From positions 62,001 to 126,000 of the forward strand of contig NMRA01000363.1 in assembly GCA_002633005.1 (NCBI GenBank): 64,000 nucleotides of DNA, in the 5' to 3' direction. Below, piece by piece: positions 52,927 through 64,000 of the stretch. Source of the stretch: Phoronis australis. Lineage: Eukaryota; Animalia; Phoronida. The position numbers were made by a program, and so were the translations under genes. The notes under the pieces were generated by a model. That model searched no databases and was not told the origin of the DNA. It was given only the letters and a program-made list of their open reading frames with translations. Position 1 is the stretch's first letter; every line of letters begins with the position of its first letter.

Positions 52927-52966
52927 TTTGTTGATAAAGGAAGTTGTTACATCCGAAAATTTCAAA
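52927..52966 (+). ncRNA. Minimal hammerhead-ribozyme-like motif in the pLTR (inverted second copy at ~52013-52052)
   Basis: TTTG-TTGATAA-A-GGAAGT tgtt ACATCC-GAAAATTTC-AAA: U3/A8 variant of the CUGANGA core, stem II, GAAA and near-palindromic stem III. Confidence 0.6.
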
Positions 52967-54541
52967 TTTCAGTTGATCCATTTTTGTTGTTTTATTTACC
53001 GATTTATAAATTTCTAAGCAACACAAGAAAACAAATTTAAACATTCAAACGCAAGTACGTCAAATGATACGGGAAGTAGCCTTTTCGTGCCATTGTAGTT
53101 GCCTCACCGCGACAAAACAGGAAACAAATGACGGCCCTTCCATAAGTTTGGAATTAATTGACCGGTACACTCATAGAAGTATTATCCGTCGCGGATACAC
53201 TTAAGTCAGAAAATGTTAGATAGAACACCAATATGCGTGGGTGTTGTTCCCGACACTTGAGGAAAATCGAGCGATTATAGGCCAAACCGTTCATTACCTT
53301 CCGTAATTTTTTAGACGTCAGTGTGGTCCGAGTGACACTTTACCATAACGGCAGCCAGCTCACTTTACATGTTACCTTTCAGCTCTGTACTTCCCCACAA
53401 CCAGTTTTTACTCGTCGCTGCGTCGAGTTTGAATTTTGCTGTGACGAGTTTGAAAACCTATGCAATGACGAGGTTGAAGTTCTGGGAAATAAGTAATTTC
53501 TTTAGCAAATTGCGACATTTTGGACTTGGCACGATCTTTCCGAACACGTACTAGTACATGAATTTTGTAATTCCAGTTGAATTTGAATTTTGTTGTGGAG
53601 AACACTTCAAATTTCTGACTTCATAGCCAGTTTTCACGACACAGACTCCAGAAGTGACAAGTTCCAGTCATGGTGGGACAAATATCTAAACATTGCTCTC
53701 CTCCCCTCACTGTACAAGAGGTTACCCCTAACAATGAGAAAACAGTGACGAGTTAATAAACAGGGATCTGCATCATGAAAAGCCAGACCCGCAAGACTTG
53801 TCATATCATGTTTCCCCGCTCTAAACAACTATTTGTGGAAAATAATTAAATCTCACTTGAGCAACAATTACAGGCTCTGAGAATAAGCACACAAAACTTA
53901 ATGACTGAGATAATTTCTATAAACTACTTCTGGGAGTTTTCGCACTCATAAATGTACCTGTCTAAACTTTTCTTCATCGACTGTGAAATGAGAGCCTACG
54001 ACTAAATTTCTGTCTTCAGTCTTTTAGTCACATTTCATGAACTGACCGTGGTGATACAAAAACATAACCAATGAGCTATATCAATTTATGAACACAACTA
54101 AGGACCCCTAGTGAAACAACAGAACATAACTAACAAAGTTTCTTTATTCAGTATACTTTGACAACAGTGGCCCTGTCGAAACATGATGGACGACACACGG
54201 AATTCCGTGTACGGGTATCAATGCGCATGATTGGTCAGAAGTTTATCGATCACATAGACACCACTTGCACAGGCTTTCAATGCACTGTATTTGTTTGGGC
54301 TTAGCCACGGCATCGGGGTTCCCATGATTTTGTTTACTTCGATCACTGCCCGTTTAATATAGCTATTCCAAGTTAAAGGTGGTCGCCATACTAGGTAACA
54401 GTTAACTGAAAGGGGTTCCCAGGTTTAAACCAATGTGAATGACTGAATGTTATGACGTCGGTTTCATTACTTTAACCAATGAGAAGCCATGATAAACCAC
54501 ACCACAGTGCTACCTTTCGTAGCACTGTGAAAGAGTGTATT

Positions 54542-54665
54542 TATTCATCAGATACGACCTCTGGTGGTACAATAACACACTTAACAAAGAGTATTCATCA
54601 GATACGACCCCTGGTGTTGCAATAACACAACCAACAAAGATTCTTTATTCCTCACTAGATACTAC
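54542..54665. repeat. ~52-bp tandem repeat, ~2.3 copies
   Basis: TATTCATCAGATACGACC.CTGGTG.T.CAATAACACA..AACAAAGA repeated. Confidence 0.75.
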
Positions 54666-54860
54666 TTTCTGCCAGGCATGAGGCTATCTGCTGAAAAAGT
54701 TCTAACCTCATTATTTCAATCAAAAACATCATTTGTACAATTTTAAGACGGATCTGGAAGTAATATACATAATGTTGGTCCTAGGACTGATTAACCCCTT
54801 ATAGTATAGTCAATGCACAAGATCTGCGATCTGAGGTAAGATTGCATTTCCGTGGAGCAT

Positions 54861-56143
54861 AAACAACAGCAACGCAGAGCGTTGAAATGCGCCCACGAAT
54901 GCATTGCAAATGGTGTGCTTTTAGGGTTATCTATTTGTATCATAAAAATGGCCTAGATGGCGCAAAAACATACAATCCATCCAAAAACAGGAAAATAACA
55001 TATTTCATAAAAATCTGTCAAGGAGCTTCAAAGAAACAAAGGAAAACAGAATAAAATGAAATTGCCACTAGTGGGCACAGTGTCCGTTGGATCCGCCTGA
55101 AAGTCGTCGTCTGTTGTTACCTTCATATAAATACACTTATTAAATTTAGTAAAGATCCTGCAGTGGGTTCAGGAGATACAACTATGGGCGCAAAACAAAA
55201 CTACAACTAGGAGGCGCAACAGTAGTCAGTCACCATCATCAAAGGTCGTCTTCACACTGAGAACATATATGCCAATTTTCAAGTGATTTGGTTGATACAG
55301 GGGTGGACACTAAAAATAAGATTTGAAAACAGCAAAAATGGCTACTAGGTGGTGCAAAAAACCTCGATTCCATCCAAAAACAGGAAGATAACGTCATCAC
55401 ACCAATAGATGCCTATATTTGAAATTTTATGAAAATCTGTTGAGGACCTTTGAAGATACTGAGTTAAACATAAAAAACTAAAATTGCCACAAGGGGGCAC
55501 AGCAGTAGTCAGATCTGTCCGAAAGTCGTCGTCCTCCGTAGTCAACATCATATAAATACACTTGCTAAATTAAGTAAAGATCCTGCGAACGGTTTAGGAG
55601 ATACAGCCATAGGCGCAAAAAACTGCCACTAGGAGGCGCCACAGTAGTCGCAATCGTCGGAAAATCATTGTCAACCATCCTCTTCATAGTAAGCACATAC
55701 ATGCCAATATTTACAATAATCCTTTGAGTGGTTTGGTTGATAGAAGAGTGGACACAAAAAACAGACTCTAAAAAAGTAAAAATGGCCACTAGGTGGCATA
55801 AAGTGTGTCAAATCCAACCGAAAACAAGAGGATAGCGTCATCTCACTAATAGGTGCCTACACACCAAATTTCATGACAATCCGTTCAAGACTTTTGAAGA
55901 TACAAAGGTAAGCGTAAAAAAATAAAATTGCCTTTAGGGAGCACACCGGTAGTCGGATCCGTCTGAAAGTTCGCTCATGCGGTCCCATTCATGAATGGAA
56001 CATATGTGCTTAATTTCATGAACGTATGTCAAAGGGTTTTGGAGATAGAGCAGCAGACGCCGGATGCCGGACGGACGCAGCCCGGATGGACGGACGGAAG
56101 GACGGAGATGACGGCCACATATAAATATGTGGGCGCATAAAAA
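54861..56143 (-). mobile_element. Helentron-associated non-autonomous element (HINE; DINE-1/pearl-like) with internal tandem array
   Basis: Sub-terminal inverted repeats ATGCGCCCAC (54887-54896) and GTGGGCGCAT (56129-56138); hairpin CAACGC-AGA-GCGTTG (54870-54884); (GGAC)n-like microsatellite at ~56058-56106; A-run ends; central ~140-bp repeats. Confidence 0.8.
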
Positions 56144-57086
56144 GTTCTTCAACTTCTACACTTTACAGCAGAAAGGTGTGCCCAAAGTTAACAATAAGTA
56201 AGCACATGATTGTACTTCCATCTGGTACTTTAGGACCACGGCTGGTTCATTATTTCATGTGTGGACATTTAAATTCTGAAGCTTTCTAAAATAGACTTTC
56301 ACTGCTCTTTTCATGATACAACAAGACCTTCATAACACGCTATCATAACTCAGTAATACTGTAAATTGCACCTCATCCTCCACACTGTAAGCAACGTTGT
56401 ACTGTAGTAAAAGCAAAAAATTACTTGGCAACACGACCCAGCAATCTCGTAAAGATGACTGAGTGCAAGAGCAATTCTCCATCATGACGCTAGAGTGCAA
56501 GAGGAATTCCCGAGCTGGTTAGCTTAACTAATGTATCGCAATGACACAGAAATGAAATTTTATCTGCTTGTTTTTGATGGTTACATTATTACTGCATTCA
56601 ATCAAAAACTGATGCCTAAAACCTTTGCACGGCAACTACAGCAGAGAATTGTGTCACACAAGGCAGCTATCAATTTTTCAACCATTCTTAAACTATTTAA
56701 AGCATTGATAATACAGGTCAACCATAATTATATCCATTGTAAACCTGAGTCAGCCTGTAGATGACAATCTCAAGTTAGAAATGCTAACAAAAATATGAGG
56801 TAAAAACATAACGACCAACTCCAAGTTAAATTGTTGGTGTCAGTAAAAAAAGTCTCTTCTGGCAGAAACGTAAGCGTTCAGGTCACTTAGAAACCCTTAC
56901 GCAGGTGAACATCCTTCTGTTCCCTTTCTTCATCAGTGCCACCTGGTAAACATCAAGTCCTCCATTGCTCGGACAAAAACATTTACTTTATTGGTGAACC
57001 TAAAGGCCTATCTGGCTTGTTTGGCATGAATTGCATAATTTGCACATCAGAATGTTTGTTGCAGACATCACAAGTACTGGTCAGGG

Positions 57087-60000
57087 TTAGAAGCCATATT
57101 TTGCCTGCGTCTGCTTCTTTGTAGCTCTGTTAGATGCCCACTGGTTCCTCAACTCAAACTCGCGTTCCTGCGCCTGGAAACACAAAGTGTAAAAGCATTG
57201 TAACATCATTCTATCATCAAGGCAAATATATTGTTACAGGGTGGGTTAAATAACCATGACAAATTGAGTGTCACCATTTCTGTCTACAAAGACTGTCAAT
57301 TTACTAGGCCTGGATTTGTTTGAAAACAAACCATTGAGAAAAAGTCAGGAGGTTTGATTTGTTATTGCTAGATTAATAAACAAGAATAGTTTAAAAAAGC
57401 TTTGTGTTGAATTTTGAAGGAGGTTCTGTTTGTCGTATGTGATTTGGTCGACTGTTCCTTTGTTTAAAACTGGCTTAGTAAAAGAAGAGCTGACCATAAC
57501 TGTGGCGTGAGGGCAAATGATGTGATCACGCAGCACTGTGGTTACTATGGCAAAGGGATCTATGGGTAGCAATGAAACCAAGGTATAACAGACAGACAAG
57601 TATTGTTTATCGCACACAACTTTAGGAGATCAATGCTATGCTTGACTGGCAATAGCCTTACAGTAGATAACTTATCTAAGCCAATATGTGACCTACATGG
57701 CCACCCGTCCATGTGTGATCCCCTTCAGAGGAATTGTCCCTGTGTGACCCTTCCGCCTCCCCCGTCCCTCTGCAACGCCTTTAGCCCTACCCGTTCCTGT
57801 GTGACCCCTTCAGCCCCACCCATGTCTCTGAAAACCCTTCAGCCATTCATGTGTGACTGCTTCAACCCCAACCACCTCAGTGCAACCCCTTCAATCCCAA
57901 CTGTTCCTGTGAGGCCTTTTCAGCCCACCTGTTGCTGTGTTACCCCTTCAGCCCCATCTGTTCTTGTATGACCATTACAGTCCCACTCAGTCCTGTATGA
58001 CCCCCTTAAGCTCAATCCATTCCGATGTGACCCCTACAGCCCCACCCGCTGCTGTGTGACCCCTTCAGCCCCACCTGTTGCTGTGTCATCCTCTTCAACC
58101 CCACCCATTCCTGTATAATACCCGTCAGAAGCACACACTTACCTGATGGGCCAGGTATGTGATCTGATGTTTCCTCCTCTGCTGTGTGGAAGGCAGATCA
58201 TTCTTGTGTTTCTTTGACCGTGACATACCAGCATCTTCTTCACTAATACCTGTAATCATAAGCATTATTTAAGCAACTAATTATACCAAAGAATAATACG
58301 ATATATAACAAGTTTATTTATTCAATTCATTTTGTCTGATTTGACAAATTCAATATAAATGGTAGCTTTTCAGGACAGCGGCCAGTATGATAAAAAATAC
58401 TAATTACAATACAAAATGAAACATGGTGCAAGTCTTCGGGAGATGTCACCAAGCATTGCAACTGAAGCAAGTTACATCACTTGTCTGTCTTTTATCGTGA
58501 GTGGTGTGCTTCTACAGAGCATAGCCATGGCTACATCTGAAAGCTTCATTTAAACACTCTTTAGCTGTTGCTGTTTTATTCCTATCTGAAGCACTTTGGG
58601 GTTAAAAAATATTACCACGCTCATCTGATCGTAAATTATCGAATAAGCCAGCTCACAAGCAATGCGTACATGCATCATTTTCAAGTTCGCAATTTTAGGG
58701 TTGGTCGACTAAACTCTGCAGCGTTTTCTCAGATTATTTACGGTTTTCAAGATTTTGTTGGTACAAGAAATGGAATCCTATCACAGGAATATTATGAGAC
58801 CGATTTTATGAGAGTGAAAGGGTGAATTCAGTTTCGCTTTTTATCCAACTAAATAGGGCAAAGTACAGTATTAAGGTAGAACTAAGTTTTTATCACTTTT
58901 GAGAAAAACAGCCATACATCTGCTGTTTATTCGTGCCTTTTTCTGATTGAATTCTACTCAAAACGTTCAGCAAAATGACGTTTCTTACAACAAATTTCTT
59001 ACGACAAGAAGTAGGGCAGAGGCCATGTACCAGTTCAACAGTGAACAAGTAGAAAACAATATATCCAAACATCTACATAAATCAAACCAACCCAACGTTT
59101 AACAAAAATTTTCTTTAATCTTGTATTTTTGGACAAAATAAAATTCCGCTTGTCTTCCATATTGGGGGCTAAATAGGTGAAAAGGTACAGTAGTATAGTT
59201 TAAAGTGGCTAGCACCTTTTCCGAGTTGTCTGCTTCAAAAATCATTTTTTTTTCATCCAGTGTTGAATACATTTTCCCACAAAGCTTCAACAGCTCACGT
59301 TGTTTAAAGAAACAAGCACAAACACACGGCATGTTTACCTTTAGTCATCTGTATCTCAGAGGCCATCTGATCAGCAGCATTGACATCAATGATGTTTATG
59401 GCCTCCTTGCCACGCCGATTCTTGCCTTGTAACCGGAGAAACTGAGACGAAAGGTTATCAGTTTCAAGTGATAGGGAAAACAATTCAAACACAAAATACA
59501 AAACAATCCTGTCTTCATCTAGCTTAACTCGTCTGTAATTTCACGAAAACTTTTGCAGAAAGTCAAACAGAGCATTACTGGAAAACTGTGATAAAATGAT
59601 AAACTCTCACTAATTTCGGACAAAAACAATTGCCAAAACTGCCTACATTTTATTTTTCAAAGACTTCTAAAGGTCCCTAAATCTACCATGTACTTGAGGA
59701 AACACCGACTGTCCTTTCTTGTGCTGTTTAAGTTTCATTGCTAATTCAGTTTTTGGCTTTGATACAATCTGAGAGTGAAAACTATGTTGAATATTCTCAA
59801 TATCATTGAAAGTAAGTAGGGATCTTTTAATGCAAACCTACTAATTTAAGGGCCGAGTCCCTACTGTTTTTCATTGAACTAAGGGCTCAGTTTCTGGTTA
59901 TCACTTTTAGAAAATGTCATAAGCCAAAGTGGAGCTCATAGTAAAAATAAGAAGATAAAAAAGATCACATCTATGCATAAAGAACGACACAAATATGCAA

Positions 60001-63000
60001 AAGATGCAGTCCCTGTTTGGTTCTGTTTCATACAACCAGGCAATGAAGTCCATGTGATCTGATACACCAAAGGAATAGGCCTACAACGGTGTTTCTTTCC
60101 ATTGATTTTTTCGTTTCATATTAGATTTTTGTTCCCACCAGTTTCGATGTACTGACATAGACTGCTTCGTGGTCAGGGTTAGTGGTTTCTACTAACAGCG
60201 ACTGATAGGTCAGATCACAAATAGTGACATCTGCCGTCACGGACCCATGAATGAAAAAAGATATTCCACACTAAGCTGGTCACGATCACGCTACACCAGA
60301 AATTGTAAAACCACCTTTCAGCCAATCAGAGGACAGAAATATTGGTGATCGTTTAATAATTCTATCAAATTCTTTTACCTGTTCATCCTGTAGATACTGA
60401 CTAACATCCTGGCTATCCCCGGCGTAGTTTGATGACTCATCAGATGCCTGGAAAAGACGGGGTCTACTTTAACATACAGGCAATCTTGGTTGACCACAAA
60501 GACTTTTTTATGAATAGATATCATCACTAGCTAAGAATTCATGCCAATGACATGATGCAATAGAAGTGGTTGATAACAACTCATGTGAATGGCATGGTAC
60601 GATATAAGTGATTGATAAGAATTCATGTGAATAGCATGATATGATATAAGTGATTGATGAGAATACGTGTGAATGGCATGATATGAGGTGAGTGAAAGAT
60701 AACAATTCATGTGAATGGCACGATATGATATAAGTGGTTGATAAGAATTCGTATTAAAAGTTGAATTTTTTCATGCAAAGTTTATCACCAATCATGAAAA
60801 GCTCAAGTCGCTGCACAAGTTATGTTTTTATGGTTTCCAAGAAACTTCTTATACATTTTGGATTGTTAAGTCAAATGCTAGTATACTAGGGGCAAAAGCA
60901 CATTTAATTGCCAACTTTTCACAGACAACAACTTATAGCTTGAGTGCAATGTTCAGTCATACACAGCTACCTCGCTGGCTAAGTCTCCACATGCACAGAG
61001 GTGCCTTTTTCAAGTCAAATACCTGTGGCTGTCTATAGCTATAATCTTCCTGATACCCAGTGTCCACTTCACAACTCATGTAACCATACTGCCTCTGAGG
61101 CCTAGACATTTGTGACGTTGCTCCTCCTTTAAATGTTAAAGGTGCGTCAGCACCAGGCAGGTTTAACACAGCCGACTGATTCTGCGAGTCTGAGCTGGGG
61201 ATACTATCTGTTGTAGACGAAGGATAGGTGGACTCAACAGGTGGCACTGATGTGGTACTCAAATGGTCGTAGGCAGAGTTTTCATCTGTTTGTGCCACAG
61301 TCACAGTTCGTGAATTCACTATTGAATTGCTGCTTGGAGCAGCCACAACAGATTCAGCACCCTCGAGCTCACCGAGTGAGAAAAAGTTTGATGTCCCTGC
61401 CCCCTCCTCCTCATTATCAGTATCATCAGCATCCATTAGGGGGCGAACAGGTTTTGCTGAACTCCTGTGAATAGATGGCGCCGGTGGCACTGGCTTCTTT
61501 GTCAAACTGTAGGGTATCAGAGGTCGATTGGTCTCCTTGGTAACAGCTTGCTTTGGCTGGGGCAGGAGAGACATTAGACCAGAAAGTCCCTATAATACAT
61601 CAATTAAAATAAGATGACATGTCAAAAATCGAAAGAGAATGAGACAGGTTGGAACAGTGGGTGATTCATGCTATGTCAAAATGATACACATTAACTAAGT
61701 TACAGCATTTGTGAGACATTCATAATTCACATGGCTTGGAATTTTCCTCTTATTTTATTTCTTGTTTCCTCTTTTCGAGTCTTTTTTATCATTATTTTGA
61801 CTTCATTCATGCAAAAATGTTTATTTCAGTTGCATTTTACAACACGAAAATATTTCTTTCACATGAGCCAATATATTTGTGGAACGATACATCACCTGGA
61901 AAATTTTCCTCTTTTTTGTCATTGGTCATTCCAAGCCCTGATTCAATTATTACAGAACAATTATAAAAAAAGTTTTTGAGACAAGTAATATCTTGAACGC
62001 AAACAATGTTTTGCTGGTAACTGGTAAGTATATTCCAAGTTCAAATTTTTCTCCCTTCTGTGATGACGCCCATCATTGTAAGTTACAGACAACAAGGTCA
62101 TATACTCCAATGAATGCTACTTAAAACTGGACACTACGAATTTAATTTCCAAAAAACAAAAAGCAATCCCGAAACTCTCGAAACAAAAGAGATTCAATAT
62201 TTTCTGTTACACAAATGGTGTCCAAAATTACGGACTGGTTTTCAGTTTGGGGGAAGACTAATTCTCAAATTAAACACTGTGGAAGACTCAATCAGTAAAA
62301 CTGTCCAAGAATAAATTTCCACGTCCACTGCAGTGTTAACAAGAAAACCGTTATGGCAATGTCTTGTTATCACCTGGTGCAGACTATTCATCACATTTGG
62401 ATGACAAAATCATGTATGACCTTTGACCTTCAAGTAAGATGTGGAGATTGCAGGGCTTGGAATGACCAATGACAAAAAGAGACTAGGAAATTTTCCAGCT
62501 TACGTATCGTTCCACAAACAAATAGGCTTGTGAGAAAGAAATATTTTTTGTGTTGTAAAATTTATCTGAAATAAATGTTTTGCATGAATAGACTCATGAT
62601 AATGATAAAAAAACGAAATGAAAAAAGAGGAAACTGGAAATCAAATTAAAGGTCAGGAAATCAAAATCAAAAAAGAGAAAACCCTCTCAAAACAGGAAAA
62701 TTCCAAGCCCTGAGAATGGCATAGCCAGAAAATGAAGTAAGGTATAATTCAAAATATAGGATGTTAGTGGTTACAATAAGAATTTCAGCAGGTATTATAA
62801 ATACAAGCAAAGTGGTCGTGGAAACAACCTACGGTAGCTTGTTTTCCTACTTTAAGCTAAGTAGTGGGAAGTCCACAAAAGCTTCGACACGTGTATGTGT
62901 AACTTTGCGCATGTCACATTAAAATTCAACAAGTGGGCAAACATGCGGCTGCATAAGTACGACTTGCAAGTTGAGCAAAGTTCCGTGGTATGGTTGTTCT

Positions 63001-63201
63001 AGTCGGATTTCTTCTAACTTGAACATAACTCTCAGTGAATCCCATTGAATCCATACACCCTGTCCCACATATACAACTACTATTTACTAAGCAAACGTGC
63101 ATACTGTTCCAATTATACATCTATCAAATACTAGGCACACATACCGAAGGCTTGGGTTTCTTCTTGACTGGTTCATCATCATCATCCTCATCAGAGTCAG
63201 C
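57087..63201 (-). CDS. PRCC: Proline-rich mitotic checkpoint control factor PRCC homolog, 3' exons (5' end beyond the window)
   Basis: Exons (minus) 63201-63145, 61589-61023, 60447-60379, 59441-59339, 58249-58143, 57173-57087. GLMSLLPQPK, LIPYSLTKK, PSTQQRRKHQITYLAHQAQEREFELRNQWASNRATKKQTQAKYGF*. Confidence 0.93.
57710..58125. repeat. ~30-bp C-rich minisatellite (CTGTGTGACCCCTTCAGCCCCACC..) in the last PRCC intron
   Basis: About a dozen degenerate units; source of the spurious 57603-57971 ORF. Confidence 0.85.
60530..60750. repeat. 42-bp minisatellite GATAAGAATTCATGTGAATGGCATGATATGATATAAGTGATT, ~5 copies
   Basis: Units start near 60572, 60614, 60656, 60698 and 60740. Confidence 0.88.
61730..61940. 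mobile_element. CA.GGCTTGGAA-TIR MITE with 5-bp TSD ATTCA
   Basis: ATTCA|CATGGCTTGGAA ... TTCCAAGCCCTG|ATTCA. Confidence 0.8.
62451..62712. mobile_element. Second copy of the CAGGGCTTGGAA MITE, opposite orientation
   Basis: CAGGGCTTGGAATGACC ... AAAATTCCAAGCCCTG; the body is the reverse complement of 61730-61940. Confidence 0.8.
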
Positions 63202-64000
63202 CTGCCAAACACAAAAAGAGTCCATAGCAAATTCACACAGGGAACCACATTCAACGGCAATGGTGATGAAATGCATGGATCAAGGGCAACTACAAACCCT
63301 TCAGTTGACTTGAACTGGAAACATATGTCGTCCATGTACACTTTTTAAGCCAAATATCAACAAAACTATAAATGTTAACTCAGTAAAAGTATCTATTTCT
63401 AAAAGCAGAGGGACTGTAGAATTTGATTAATGACTTTGTTCCAATCTGCCATTAAATAAGTCACACGACCGTGTCTTTTAGTAAACGTTAACAGAAATGA
63501 AAGGTAGCAAAACAGAGGTCTCGGTAATATGACTAAATTTCATTTGATGTAAATGTTCACAATTCCAGCTAGTGTTTGTGCATAGTATGTGAAAGTTTTA
63601 TATGAATCCAATAAGCCATTTCTGTGAATGACGTCCCAAACAACGCAAAAATACCTTGAAATGTTCGTGAATTAAAAAAAATGAATTTCTGTCCTGCCAA
63701 GGCTAGTCTATCCCATTTTAGACACTGTAATTAGAAATTAGGGCAAGCATTCATAATGCTACAGAGGTGTTTGTAGAGTGTTTTCTATTGAACTATTACC
63801 AGTCAGGATAAAATGCAAAAACGACTCAACTATGTGTCTTGCTTTCACGACACTATGTTGGAAAAAGTGGAGTATGAAATCAGCAGAATTTAACCATCCA
63901 CCTGTTTCATGAAAAGTGTCTTAGAGACTCAAGTCAGGCATTAGGTCTCACTCTCCAAAAACCATTTCTGAAAAATACTTCATTCTCATTATTATAGCAA

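Larger units (their letters stand above)
51892..53004. mobile_element. 5'-truncated Penelope-like retroelement with inverted pLTR, inverted linker segment and GIY-YIG endonuclease
   Basis: 13-bp direct repeat TATAAATTTCTAA at 51879-51891 and 53005-53017. ~51971-52180 is the reverse complement of ~52797-53008. Plus-strand GIY-YIG; minus-strand RT-EN linker at ~52182-52340. Confidence 0.88.

Noticed and set aside
51956-53017. Twin ORFs MSLNFLRKNVSF (51956-52150 minus, 52829-53017 plus) as duplicated small genes
   Set aside because: They are translations of the inverted Penelope 3'UTR/pLTR copies.
57603-57971. 122-aa Pro/Cys-rich ORF
   Set aside because: Translation of an intronic minisatellite antisense to PRCC.
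60425-60447. CTGATGAG on the minus strand as a hammerhead core or snoRNA C box
   Set aside because: Lies within a PRCC coding exon (ASDES) and has no GAAA/stem II.
62292-62398. Possible intronic C/D snoRNA in PRCC (minus-strand GTGATGA ... CTGA)
   Set aside because: No terminal stem or recognisable rRNA/snRNA guide; such boxes occur by chance.
62833-62846. Possible PRCC micro-exon (AG|GAAAACAAGCTACC|GT)
   Set aside because: 14 nt would shift the frame; the flanking exons already join in phase.

Overview
AT-rich, intron-containing animal genomic DNA. It is probably a marine invertebrate such as a mollusc-like lophotrochozoan (inferred from gene content and repeat types, not proven). Genes reconstructed from splice sites: an intronless uncharacterised ORF (6064-7371, +); a 9-exon SLC22/organic-cation-transporter-like gene (11973-21678, +); an intronless decayed ITIH-like (VIT+VWA) pseudogene (~23151-25085, +); EDC3 (27804-36478, -), head-to-head with a C15orf40/UPF0235 homolog (39041-43097, +); a GPI-anchored Ly6/three-finger (quiver/sleepless-like) gene (47577-50553, -); and the 3' part of PRCC (57087-63201, -). 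Non-coding space is rich in transposons: TTAA-flanked Kolobok-type elements (one with ~300-bp TIRs containing THAP starts), several CA..TG MITEs with 5-bp TSDs, a Helentron-type non-autonomous element with internal higher-order repeats, a Penelope-like retroelement insertion with an inverted architecture and hammerhead-like cores, and several minisatellites, one built from CCAAT, E-box and AP-1 motifs. No prokaryotic systems, CRISPR arrays, rRNA genes or intact tRNA genes were seen, and nothing here can be shown to be a wholly new system from the sequence alone.
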